A stretch of 63,996 nucleotides of DNA, the filler included, from Barthelona sp. PAP020 (lineage: Eukaryota), in the NCBI GenBank assembly GCA_040182905.1. It is 3 parts of 3 records of this genome, joined end to end, with 100 filler letters (N's around TTAATTAATTAA, not from the genome) between each part and the next. Parts side by side here need not be neighbours in the genome. Positions count along the whole stretch, not along the records: positions 48,749 to 63,996 come from JARQWU010000285.1; 2 more parts are not named here. One strand, given 5' to 3'. Below, one piece after another: positions 51,723-62,198 of the stretch. The notes beneath the pieces were generated by a model. It was given only the letters and a program-made list of their open reading frames with translations, searched no databases and had not been told where the DNA came from. The translations under genes and the position numbers were made by a program. The stretch's first letter is position 1. Each line of letters begins with the position of its first letter.

Positions 51723-52658
51723 CTAATAATTATTGTAAGAATATGCAGCATCTATGTCATATTCTCCCATAAAAGGTGGATTTACATTGAAAAGTTGAGG
51801 TTTTACGGCAGATTTCCCATAAGCAGGAGGTTCACAATAAGCAGGAGGTTCACAAAATTCATATCCAATAGGCAAACTTACAACTGAATAAGAATTTTGA
51901 ACAAATTGATCATGAGGATAAATTTCGATCTCTTCTGATGTTGTAATCTTAGCAGGATTACTCAATCTTAAAGCTTCTTGAGTTGAAATTTCCTCAGTGA
52001 TATTTTCTGCAACAAGTTCTTCTTCTTTAACAGAAGAGTATGAAGAAACATCAGAATCTTCTTGATTTTCCATATGAACATCAGTTTCTTCCACTTGAGG
52101 TTTGAGATTACGATTTTTAAGACGATCAGCCAAAGCTATTGATCCGGTTTTGGTTTTTTTATTGATAGGAACGTCTTGTTTTTGTGTGACAAAGGTTTCC
52201 TTTTTCTTTTCAACCTTTTCTTCTTTTAATGTTGATGATTTGTCTTTATTTAACTTATTGTTAAATGCCTTTTTTTGATAGGGTTTATGTCTATCTTTCT
52301 TTTCAGAGTTGTCACTAAATTTCTTTCCATGTTTTCCTTTTTTAACAAAACCATTTCTTTCATTAACAACTTTAGCTTTGGTTACCTTTTTTGTTTTACG
52401 TTTTCTGGGATCATAAAAATCATTACTTTTTTCACTTCCTAAAAATTAGATTTTAAAGCTCAAATAAAATAAAATACTTTCAAGTAATTCTGTAATGGCT
52501 GTTTCACGTATGTATGAATGTTTGAAAAAAACGTTGAAGATAACCTCTTCTGACAAAGTTCCTGAAAACATATCTATCAGGCTCTTTAATGATTGCTCTT
52601 GTTCATTAGTCAACTTGTGTTGAATTTTTCGATCAGTGAGAAGATACTGGTTGCTCAT
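51723..52658 (-). CDS. CUE/UBA-like N-terminal domain protein; two exons (52658-52478, 52438-51723)
   Basis: Exon 1 LKSLIDMFSGTLSEEVIFNVF...AITELLE (CUE-like) splices to RSEKSNDFYDPRKRK..., in frame with ORF 51723-52133. Confidence 0.65.
52439..52477 (-). other. Spliceosomal intron, 39 nt
   Basis: GTATTTTATT...TCTAATTTTTAG; contains the in-frame TAA that ends ORF 52446-52658, and removal joins two in-frame ORFs. Confidence 0.8.
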
Positions 52659-52721
52659 TATAAAAAAATGATTTCACATTTTTGAACGCTTTTTTTTTTA
52701 GTTGTTAAAAAATGAATTTTT

Positions 52722-54386
52722 ATGCTTAAAGATTACATATTGAATAATTTTGTGCCATTTCAATTAAATTTTCGAACAGAAAGTAAGTTTTATACAAATG
52801 ATTTAATTAATAGTAAAAATTTTGAATATTTATTGGTCATTTGTTTTCAATATCAATATGTTCTTGAAAATGAAGAATTTATGATGAAACTTTTTGAAAA
52901 AGTTTTTCATTCACACAGAATCATCTGTATTTTTTATAATAAATCCATTTGTGGCTCTGGAATTGATATTGTCTTAAGAAATATCACATATAAACAATTT
53001 TTTTTGATGGTTGATGATGTTTTTTGGTATGATGCAAAAAGACTGGATATTTTTTTATTGCAAATAAATTGCATAAAATGTATCTTGTTTCAAAATGAAA
53101 GTAATGTTATTGACCAAAAAAGTAATATATTTGGTGAGAACTTTTCAATTTTGGATGCTTTCAACAGAAATTTTGATGAGTGTTTTAATAATTTGAATTT
53201 AAATTTGAACATACCACCTCTAAATAAACCTTCAATTGATATCGATCCAGTTTTTGATATCAATAATTTTATCATTGAAAACAATATTTCACAATGTTTT
53301 GATGTATTGAACAGCAACAAAAAGTTTACTTTTTCTCAAAAGATCCGAGACATTTGTGTGAATGATTTTTTTGAAAGCAAAATAATTTTTGAAAATACTG
53401 ATGATTTTGCCTCGTTGAACAGGGCTCTTTTTATTCATGACCATTGTATCATTTTGTTTTCGAAGAATGAACATTTTTTTCTTTTTGTGAATTTATTGGA
53501 AAATGCTGTTGTTGATGAAAAATATTTTCGGTTTCAAATTGGTCCTTTTGGAAGCATGAATATTTCAAATATTGACCATTTTTCCAAGAATCAAATTATT
53601 TTGTTTACTGACAATGGGTACACTTTAGGAAAATTTTGTAAAACCACTAACAACTTGATTTTTCAGTCAGTTCAATGTTTTAATGTTGCTGAAAATGAAA
53701 TCTTTGAGAAATTTAAAAATGCTGAAGATTTTTTCCGATTTCAAGCATTGAATTTTTCAGTTGATGTTTTTGAATTCTTTAAGGATGAAAATGGTTTAAT
53801 AACATCATTTGATGGATATTTCAATGAAAAAAACAATCACAAACACATGATTTTTATTGTAAATTGTAAACATGCATATTATTTTGATAGTTTGGGGAGG
53901 AAGCATCATTTTCAAATGGAATATTCAATTGAAAGCGTCAAACTATCTAGTGAACTGATAATAATTCTTGGTAATCAAGAATTGACTGTTGTTGAAACTA
54001 ATTTGATGTGTACTAGTTTAAAAATCTCAAATTTTCAGCACACCTTTTATTCTGTGCAGTTTAGTACTGAAAATTGCTGTAAATTGTTCAGCAGATACAA
54101 GCAATTTTACTTTTTGTTCATCATTGAATTGAATATTCAAACTTTAACAGTATTTTTAAACATTTTTCATTATCCTCTTATCAAAGACATTGCAATTGCA
54201 CCTAATAGTACGGGTTTAGTTGATGTTATGGTTCTTCAGAGAAATCCAAATTCACCCAAAGATGTGATCCCAATATTATCCATTGGAAAAATGAATCAGT
54301 ATGGTGTTCCAATACCTTGTTCAAAAATACAGGATATTTGTCCCAAAAGAAGAGTTGTTTCAAGTATTCAAGAACCCTTTTTTTAA
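52722..54386 (+). CDS. Hypothetical protein (F/N/I-rich, possibly beta-propeller C-half)
   Basis: 554-aa ORF; no confident domain. Confidence 0.55.
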   Translation: MLKDYILNNFVPFQLNFRTESKFYTNDLINSKNFEYLLVICFQYQYVLENEEFMMKLFEKVFHSHRIICIFYNKSICGSGIDIVLRNITYKQFFLMVDDVFWYDAKRLDIFLLQINCIKCILFQNESNVIDQKSNIFGENFSILDAFNRNFDECFNNLNLNLNIPPLNKPSIDIDPVFDINNFIIENNISQCFDVLNSNKKFTFSQKIRDICVNDFFESKIIFENTDDFASLNRALFIHDHCIILFSKNEHFFLFVNLLENAVVDEKYFRFQIGPFGSMNISNIDHFSKNQIILFTDNGYTLGKFCKTTNNLIFQSVQCFNVAENEIFEKFKNAEDFFRFQALNFSVDVFEFFKDENGLITSFDGYFNEKNNHKHMIFIVNCKHAYYFDSLGRKHHFQMEYSIESVKLSSELIIILGNQELTVVETNLMCTSLKISNFQHTFYSVQFSTENCCKLFSRYKQFYFLFIIELNIQTLTVFLNIFHYPLIKDIAIAPNSTGLVDVMVLQRNPNSPKDVIPILSIGKMNQYGVPIPCSKIQDICPKRRVVSSIQEPFF

Positions 54387-54671
54387 AATCAAGCTCAGTC
54401 TTTTGATCAGATTTTGTTTTATTGGTTGTTGTGTTTTTATCCTTTTGCTTTATCAGTTGGTCCTTTTTCCTTTCAAAATAACATCAAATAGAGAGAATCA
54501 GCTTTTTCAAGACCTAACAGTTGTGATTAATTTTCGAGTAGGTTTGAAGATTGAATTGAACCAAGACAGAAAAAACGAACATCTTTTGCGTAAAAAGAAC
54601 AGAAAAGAAAGAAAACCAAATAATTTATCGCACAATTTTTTTAAATGTTTTTCAATAATTCTCAAAAAAAT

Positions 54672-55793
54672 TCAAACATCTGAACTACTCACATTTCCAT
54701 TTGAAGTTTGCATATTTTCACTTTCCCTACTGTTGGCTATTTGTAGTACCATACCATGTTGTTTATATCTGTGGTAAATTTGTAGCAACCAAGTTTTTGA
54801 AATTTCCCACACCGAAAAGGTGATTAAAGATAAAATAAGAAGAGAAAGAAGACCAACAATAAATGATTCAACTGTAATTTCTTGTATCATCAAGATAAAG
54901 GTGAAAATACCACAAGCAAAAACAACCAAATAAAAGAAAAATAAAGAGAATAATAAAATGATTTCCAGTATTGAGTATGATGGGCATCCAGCTTTAAACA
55001 AACCTAAACGTGAAGTTACAACATTGTAGGACCTGCCACAGATTTCACATATCATTGGATCATTTGGGCATTCTTTCATCCATTCTTGCAAACATTCTAA
55101 ATGAATATATGCCATAGTTCCAGAACATTCACATGGTTGAATTAGATTTCCACCATCTTGATGACAAATACGACAAATTGGTGGCACAGGTTCTGCATTT
55201 GTTTCTTGCTGTTCTTTTGTTCTTTTTTGATACAAACACAAAATATCAACATCATCTAATGACATTGGTGATTTTGACTGTTCAAATGATCTTGAACTCA
55301 ATGGAGAATTCAAAGAACCCAGATCAGAATGATCATCGATATCATTGATATTGTCTGTATTGATTGCATTCTCTGCATCATCAGCATTCTCTGTATTTTC
55401 TATGTTCTCTGTATTGTGCAAATGATTAGCATTGTCCATATTGTTTGCATCATCATCATTATTGGTGACATGTGCATCATCTGAATAATCGGTATTGTCA
55501 GTATAGTCTGTATCATCAACATTATAAGTGTTATATGCATTGTCTTGATAATCGCTATTGTTTGCATTGTCTGCATCATCATCATCATATGTATTATATG
55601 CAACACCTGGATTATCACTTTTATTGTCACTAAATTGTTCACTATAAACTGAATTCATTGGGGAATCAACATCATAGAGGTTTTTAAAGTCTTTTTCAAA
55701 TGATGAAGATTGTTCTTCTTCTTCTTGATCCTTATTATCTTTAGATTCATTCATTATCTCATCAGAAGATGATTCATATTCTGAAGAATACAT
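54672..55793 (-). CDS. MARCH-type RING-variant (RING-CH) E3 ubiquitin ligase with two TM helices
   Basis: CRICH...LIQPCECSGTMAYIHLECLQEW...CEICG followed by two hydrophobic helices; acidic D/N-rich N-terminus. Confidence 0.85.
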   Translation of the reverse strand: MYSSEYESSSDEIMNESKDNKDQEEEEQSSSFEKDFKNLYDVDSPMNSVYSEQFSDNKSDNPGVAYNTYDDDDADNANNSDYQDNAYNTYNVDDTDYTDNTDYSDDAHVTNNDDDANNMDNANHLHNTENIENTENADDAENAINTDNINDIDDHSDLGSLNSPLSSRSFEQSKSPMSLDDVDILCLYQKRTKEQQETNAEPVPPICRICHQDGGNLIQPCECSGTMAYIHLECLQEWMKECPNDPMICEICGRSYNVVTSRLGLFKAGCPSYSILEIILLFSLFFFYLVVFACGIFTFILMIQEITVESFIVGLLSLLILSLITFSVWEISKTWLLQIYHRYKQHGMVLQIANSRESENMQTSNGNVSSSDV

Positions 55794-56107
55794 TACATTA
55801 TTGATAAATCAGAGAGTTCGTTGAAGAATCAACCATGTGAAAATAAAGCTAGCTCACTTTTTTTTTATATTCAACGACCAAATTATTGTGTAATTCAATT
55901 GCATTTCATTATTGAGGCAAAAGACAGCAAATGAGGAAAGTATTCAACTTTTGTAATATCTCTACAATAAACAAATAATTTGATCAAACACCACATTATT
56001 ATGTAATGCAGTGAAAATACAATGTGAAAGTGATGAAATCCTTTCCAATGCAATGAGGAGCTGTAACATGCAAAATGGGATGATATTTTTATTAGCACAT
56101 CAAACAG

Positions 56108-56206
56108 ATTACAACCTACCCTTTGCGAAACAATGTGGGATGTTGATTGAGAAGAAGCGGGTGAAAAACATTTTTTATTTGAACGCGTGGTTGATTGTTG
56201 AAAATG
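56108..56206 (+). repeat. 99-bp segment duplicated in inverted form at contig start 48749
   Basis: Exact reverse-complement match. Confidence 0.95.
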
Positions 56207-56211
56207 ACATA

Positions 56212-58524
56212 ATGAGTTCGTCAACCTGTCCAAATGATGCGTTGAATGCACAAAACGAACCCGATTTTGAGGATTCTGAAATGACAACTAAACAATATGC
56301 CTTTTCGATTTTCCCAATAAGTGCGGTTGGTTCTTCAGGTGACGATAAAGATTCAAAGTCAAGCACCATAAACAATGCAAATGGATCCGTATCAACTGGA
56401 GTTTTTCAAGCATATGATTTCAAAAGAAATGATATTCAAACACCTGAGAATCCAATATCACCACCAATGTCTCCATACATGTATAATTCACCAGAAATTA
56501 TGTCACCAATTTCACCATCTTACACTATTGACTCATCTATTGGAGCAGAATCTGCGTTTTATTCTATTGAACCATCACAATCATCACAGCAAATGAGTTC
56601 GCCGATAATGACAACGCTTGGTTCTCCCATTGTGACGAACAACCAAAATATGTGTATTAGTTTTTCTGATGTGAACTTGCTCACATCAAATCTCATGACA
56701 ATACTGGAGCATTATTATGAGATTTATTCCCTTAGATATAACAACTTTGAGCTGTTCAATGACAATCTTCAAAAACATTTCAAGAGCTATCTGAACTTTT
56801 TGGTGTCTAAGTCGTATTCAATCAACACAAAACGGCCAAAATCAATGTATAGTCAGTTTTTAAGTGGTATAATGGCATTTACAAACAACAACTATTCAAA
56901 AAGTCTTGAATATTTTTTGGATGTTCAAAACATGTTCGAAAAGATAAAGACCGAACTTGACACGTCAAAGCGCATTGTAAATTTACTGTGTTACAAGTTT
57001 CTTGACGATAAGAGCAAATTCCAACTGGATGTTGCTCGCTTTATCGTTACATCGTACCTTCAAAACAACATACATATGGCTAAAGTTCAAAGAAATGAGC
57101 AAGTTAACATTGACTGTGAAGAAAGAGTGACAGGAAAGAAATCTAAAGCTAAATTAAAGGCGAAAACCAAAAGTAAGACAGACAAAGCAAAGGTTTCAAA
57201 GATGGCAAAGAGCAAACTGGTTCAAACAAAAACAAAGTTGCCCAAAACCATTGATTTTTCCATGAATATGCTTTCCAAATCAGATAACATCAATGATGTC
57301 AATTTGTACTGCATATTTATGATTCACTCAGGAAGTGTTGTGGAAGCTCTTCAATATGCTGTTGAATACATTGGTCAGAATTCAGACAACAACAATTCCA
57401 TTTTGTACAATACTGTTGGGATTTGTTTGTTCATTCTTGGGCGGTTGAGTGAAGCACAGAGCATTTTTCAAGAACGAGTGTATCAGTTTCAAGTGTTTGA
57501 CGATTCAATATTGAACCATGTAACAACGACTTTTTATTTGCACGGTATAAATGACGAAATAATTCAACTGTCATCACTTATCAACAGCATAAAGCAGGAT
57601 CTGACTTTCATCTCACCCTTTAGTCTTTTTGTGATCTTGAATATATGTTTAAAACTTGGTTATGAAAATTTTATTGAAAGCAGCCTGAATATATTGAGCA
57701 CAATATTTCCCGAAAACGGCAATATTCAAATGTTGAATGGGATATTTCTTTTGTTTTCTGGCACTAACCATGACCGAGCCAAAGCTTGTTTCAAAAAAAG
57801 CCTTTCTCTTCATCCATTTTTAAATGAGGGTCATCTTGGGCTTGCCACAGTTCATTTCCAAAGGTTATTTCGTGAATCTAAGATTTCGAAATACAATCGA
57901 CAGCTCATTGAGCAGACAATAACAAATGAGCTAACCTTAGCAATTGAATTGAATGCTTCTAATGAAATTGGTTTGCTGAAGTTGGGTAATCTTGCAATGG
58001 AACAACGAAATTATTGGTTGGCAGAGAAATCATACTATTCTTCTGGTAATATTGACTCCAACTTGTCGCCAGCGTTATTTAATCTGCTGGTTGTCTTGCA
58101 GGCAAGGAAAAAACTTAATCTTTGCTACAATATGTACAGCGACAGCAATGTCAGTGACAATTCGTGTTTTGTATTTATTAATAATTTTGCTCTTTATCTT
58201 TGTAATGTGTTCAAGGAAAAAAGAGAACTTGTCAACAGTTTATTGCGGCTGCAGAATCATTTAGAAATGTCAGATAACACTCCCTTCTATTCAAATCTCT
58301 GTGTAGTCAATCTTTTTCTTTTTTCACTTACCAAACAAACCACATGGCTCACTCAAGCAAAAAAATGGTTGAATAAAGCAAAAACAATGGCTTCCGAAAG
58401 CAGCCACTTTTTTGATTTGGTAAATGCAAACGAGGGATTTCTTGCCAATTGTCAAGATGTCATGCACACCTTGGTTCAGGAATCACAAGATGATCCAATC
58501 CTTTTTGATCAATCTTTTTATTGA
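56212..58524 (+). CDS. TPR-repeat protein with Ser/Pro-rich N-terminus
   Basis: TPR-like helices (LYNTVGICLFILGRLSEAQSIF; RAKACFKKSLSLHP; LKLGNLAMEQRNYWLAEKSY). Probable start MSSSTC at 56212 (ORF open from 56011). Confidence 0.7.
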   Translation: MSSSTCPNDALNAQNEPDFEDSEMTTKQYAFSIFPISAVGSSGDDKDSKSSTINNANGSVSTGVFQAYDFKRNDIQTPENPISPPMSPYMYNSPEIMSPISPSYTIDSSIGAESAFYSIEPSQSSQQMSSPIMTTLGSPIVTNNQNMCISFSDVNLLTSNLMTILEHYYEIYSLRYNNFELFNDNLQKHFKSYLNFLVSKSYSINTKRPKSMYSQFLSGIMAFTNNNYSKSLEYFLDVQNMFEKIKTELDTSKRIVNLLCYKFLDDKSKFQLDVARFIVTSYLQNNIHMAKVQRNEQVNIDCEERVTGKKSKAKLKAKTKSKTDKAKVSKMAKSKLVQTKTKLPKTIDFSMNMLSKSDNINDVNLYCIFMIHSGSVVEALQYAVEYIGQNSDNNNSILYNTVGICLFILGRLSEAQSIFQERVYQFQVFDDSILNHVTTTFYLHGINDEIIQLSSLINSIKQDLTFISPFSLFVILNICLKLGYENFIESSLNILSTIFPENGNIQMLNGIFLLFSGTNHDRAKACFKKSLSLHPFLNEGHLGLATVHFQRLFRESKISKYNRQLIEQTITNELTLAIELNASNEIGLLKLGNLAMEQRNYWLAEKSYYSSGNIDSNLSPALFNLLVVLQARKKLNLCYNMYSDSNVSDNSCFVFINNFALYLCNVFKEKRELVNSLLRLQNHLEMSDNTPFYSNLCVVNLFLFSLTKQTTWLTQAKKWLNKAKTMASESSHFFDLVNANEGFLANCQDVMHTLVQESQDDPILFDQSFY

Positions 58525-59051
58525 GTTTTCTTTGTAAATATCTTTTCTGTTTTTAGTTCAAATAATAAACAAATAAAAATAAATAAAAATAAATAAATAA
58601 ACATAGCAATTAAAAATGTAAACAAAATTAATTCTAGTATTTATAGTGTATTTATTATTTCCAAACCAAGAAGCACTGTGCATATGAGTGAATAAAAAAG
58701 AATTGTGTTTATTTGGTTAGAGGCTTTCGAGGCCCGATTGATCTTTTGAAAAACTTTAGATTCTCTAAGATAAAGTTCAAACTTTAAAATTTTGCATTTG
58801 CAAAAATTCAAAAAAATTGGAATGAAAAATTTCTCCGAAATTCCCCTACTTAATCGTTCAAATTACATTTCAGTCCCTCAATTCCCCTCCTGGGATTTTG
58901 ACTGAAATTTGTTAGAATGAGTTTTCTGAGTCATCTTTCTTTGTAAATAAATATAGTTGTTTCACAACTGGACCAATATTATATATATCTATAGGCCAAG
59001 AAACACCACATGTTAAAGTTTCAAATATACCTAAAAAAAAATTCTTCTTCT

Positions 59052-60377
59052 TTATTCACAAAATTGTTTCAAAATTTCAGTTTCATAATTTTCCACTGTT
59101 TCATTGATTTGCTTCCACAACAAAGCAATTTTTGAGTTTGTATTTAACAAATTTTTTTCGGCTTTGGAAATCTTTTCTTTGTAATTTGCAATTTCAAAAT
59201 CAAACTCTTTTATCAACATTTCATCTTGTTTTTGTTGATTTCTTCTTTGTTCCAAGCTATTTCGAGACACTTTTAACATTTCACCGAACTTGTGAATATT
59301 TTCTTCGGTAGATATTTTTTCAAGCCTTAATTTATCTTCCAAATCAATTTGTCTTTGGGTTAATTCTTTCTTTTCTCTTTCTAATAAAGTTATATTTAAT
59401 TTAAGGGAGCTAATGTGTTGTTCTATATCTGTGACATCACAATCAAAACTTTGAATTTTATTTTGACTGTTTTCAATTTTTAAAATGATATTGTTGATTT
59501 CCGCTAATTCATTATCAAAAAAATTAATGGTTTTAATTTTTTCAAAAAATATAAAATTATTTTTTTTAATTTTATTTATTTTATTTTCAAAATTGAAAAT
59601 ATTCTTTTTAATATCATTCAATTCTTGTTTGTACACAGAAATATCAGGAACAATTTTTTTCCTTTTACCATTTAAAATTTCTCTATCATTCAAAACTTGA
59701 TATTTTAATGTTTCAAGTTCTTCATTTAACTGGTTTACTTCACTTTGTTTCTTTAATAACCCAGTATTAATGTTTGCTTGTTCATTATTTAAAAGGTCAA
59801 TTTCTTTTTTCAAAACATCAATTATTTCTTTTTGTTCATGACATTCTTCTTCTTCTTTCAACGTTTTTCGATCAATTTCTGTCTTTTCTATGCTTAATTG
59901 TTCATATTCTGCATCAATAGATTCCTTTTTAACTATTAATTCCGATAAATTATTATCTAACTCAACAAAATCCATCAATATCGATTCTCTAAATCTTGCA
60001 AAATTCAATAAAGCACTTATTAACAATATAAATCGATTTGGTGAAGGAAATAACAAATCTTCTAAACTGAAATCATTGATTCCCACACTATTGAATAACT
60101 TTTCCAAAGTAATTGTTTTTAACCTTAATGTGACTAAATGTTCATATGGTTGTGGATTATCAAATTCAGCTATACATCTTAAAGTTTCTTGATCAAAATC
60201 TTTCATTTCAATATCTTGTAACAATTCCAAAAACTTACAATATACAGAATCTACAAATGATGATGTTATTAAATCTTTCAAATTTGTCGATTGTTTTGGG
60301 ATCGAAATACCTAATCGTTTTAATGAGGATAACACCTCATCAGCGTCAAATTTAGGTATAGAAATCTTGTTTTCCAT
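59052..60377 (-). CDS. NUF2: Kinetochore protein Nuf2 (Ndc80 complex)
   Basis: CH-domain end GINDFSLEDLLFPSPNRFILLISALLNFARFRE followed by a long coiled coil. Confidence 0.88.
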   Translation of the reverse strand: MENKISIPKFDADEVLSSLKRLGISIPKQSTNLKDLITSSFVDSVYCKFLELLQDIEMKDFDQETLRCIAEFDNPQPYEHLVTLRLKTITLEKLFNSVGINDFSLEDLLFPSPNRFILLISALLNFARFRESILMDFVELDNNLSELIVKKESIDAEYEQLSIEKTEIDRKTLKEEEECHEQKEIIDVLKKEIDLLNNEQANINTGLLKKQSEVNQLNEELETLKYQVLNDREILNGKRKKIVPDISVYKQELNDIKKNIFNFENKINKIKKNNFIFFEKIKTINFFDNELAEINNIILKIENSQNKIQSFDCDVTDIEQHISSLKLNITLLEREKKELTQRQIDLEDKLRLEKISTEENIHKFGEMLKVSRNSLEQRRNQQKQDEMLIKEFDFEIANYKEKISKAEKNLLNTNSKIALLWKQINETVENYETEILKQFCE

Positions 60378-60675
60378 TTAAAAATCAAATATTACAGTGA
60401 TTTAAATTTGTTAAATGTGAAAAAAAAATCTGTTTTGTAGCCAAAAAGGAATATTGTTGTTTTATTTCATTTCTAAACAATAAGTAAGCAAATGATCATA
60501 TTCTTTGCTTTTAAATACGTTTCAAACCCTTCAAAGCAATGAAGAAATAAATGTTTGTTGAAGTTCGTTTTGAACCAAAAGAAAAAGGCAGAGTTATTTG
60601 TTTTTAGGCAAAAAAAATGATATACACTTAAGTTATTTGATAGGACTTATATTAATAATAAACTATTTACAAATT

Positions 60676-61596
60676 TTACACAAACAAATCTTCTTTTGGT
60701 AAATTCTTTGCCATATAAATGCAAAAATCAATGCAATTTTGTGAATTTATATCATCAGCACAAACAAAGGCAGTTTTTTCTCCAATAATATCCTCAAAAA
60801 TAAATAGCTTTGGATTTTGATCATTTGGAAGATTAATAGGCTTAATTTCATTAAAATTTAAAAACTTAGTCAACAAAGTTTTTGTTTCTTCAAACATACA
60901 TATTCTTTTTGCTGAAAATAGGTGAAATGAACAATTTTCAACCTTTAAGAATTCATTTAAAAATATTTTACCTCTTGGTATCATGATAAAGGAATTTTGC
61001 TCATATAAACGTAACAAGTATGGTGCTTTTTGATAAAGATACCCACACGTTGAAAATGTTGCATTGTTTTCAAATTCACCATAATTGCTAATCTGTTGAC
61101 GTGGCAAATAGTTGATATATGCAGGTATTTCATAAAATTCATCTGTATATTTCATCGAAAAGAAAGTCTTATAAAATGAAGAAATCCATTTGACTCTATA
61201 AGTGTAAAATAGTGAGCTTTCAAGCGAATAATGATCAACACCATCCCCAATAATCATTGTAAAATTGAAAGATGTGTTTGTTTTCCAAGATAATCGCATA
61301 TCATCTGAAATTTGTAAATCCAACGATATAAACTCCTTTTCTTTTTTATTTATGTAAGAATAATTTGAATTGGAACCAATGTGAATCATATCCCTCAATT
61401 CAATGACATTTGTATTATTTATCGTTTTATCAAAAGAAAATGAAATATTTCGTGGAGGCAAAACTAATTTTATCGCTTCATAATTTGAATCTTGTTTCAA
61501 AACAAAAAAATTAAATAATATTAAATAACCAAAAAATAAAACTGAATATAAACAACAATTAACACAAATAGAAAGGCAATCACAACATCCCATCAC
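60676..61596 (-). CDS. Hypothetical protein with N-terminal Cys-rich/TM anchor
   Basis: MMGCCDCLSICVNCC plus hydrophobic segment; 306 aa. Confidence 0.55.
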   Translation of the reverse strand: MMGCCDCLSICVNCCLYSVLFFGYLILFNFFVLKQDSNYEAIKLVLPPRNISFSFDKTINNTNVIELRDMIHIGSNSNYSYINKKEKEFISLDLQISDDMRLSWKTNTSFNFTMIIGDGVDHYSLESSLFYTYRVKWISSFYKTFFSMKYTDEFYEIPAYINYLPRQQISNYGEFENNATFSTCGYLYQKAPYLLRLYEQNSFIMIPRGKIFLNEFLKVENCSFHLFSAKRICMFEETKTLLTKFLNFNEIKPINLPNDQNPKLFIFEDIIGEKTAFVCADDINSQNCIDFCIYMAKNLPKEDLFV

Positions 61597-61669
61597 ATAT
61601 ATTAAAAATAATTGGAATTTTGAAAAAAAAAAGAAAAAAATTCAAATCCCTTTTTTTACACATTGTATT

Positions 61670-62120
61670 ATGGTTCATCCTAGTCTAGATCCTGAAACTG
61701 GTATTTCCATCATTGCTACACCATTAGCAGGAAGCAAATTAACCAAAAAGTCATTAAAACTTGTTAAAAGAGGTATGTTGGATTTATTTATGTTTAGTCT
61801 AATTTTTAGCTCACCAAAACAGAAAAATCTTTAGAGGTGTTCGTGAAGTTTTGAAAGCAATTCGTAAAGGAAGAAGAGGTCTTGTAATTATTGCAGGTAA
61901 TATTTCTCCTATTGATGTTGTTTCCCATATCCCAATATTGTGTCAACATAATGAAATTCCATATGTTTTTGTTCCTTCTAAAGAAGAATTAGGATCTGCT
62001 GCTCAAACTAGAAAACCAACATCAGTAATTTTAGTTGATAAAATTGAAAAAGATGATGACGAAACATACAAATATTTTAAGACGGTTAAATCTTTGATCA
62101 AATCGAATGATTTAGAATAA
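61670..62120 (+). CDS. NHP2: H/ACA snoRNP subunit NHP2; two exons (61670-61772, 61810-62120)
   Basis: IATPLAGSKLTKKSLKLVKR|AHQNRKIFRGVREVLKAIRKG...AGNISPIDVVSHIPILC...PSKEELGSAAQTRKPTS. Confidence 0.92.
61773..61809 (+). other. Spliceosomal intron, 37 nt, in NHP2
   Basis: GTATGTTGG...TCTAATTTTTAG; removal restores the frame. Confidence 0.9.
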
Positions 62121-62198
62121 ATATAGTATTTAGATTTTTTTCTTGATTTTGAAATGCTTGGGCAAATGGGCGATAAAAAACGAAAGAAATACTAAAAT

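Noticed and set aside
51821..51856. 18-bp tandem duplication encoding CEPPAY-CEPPAY
   Set aside because: Simple two-unit coding duplication; not a CRISPR-like or regulatory array.
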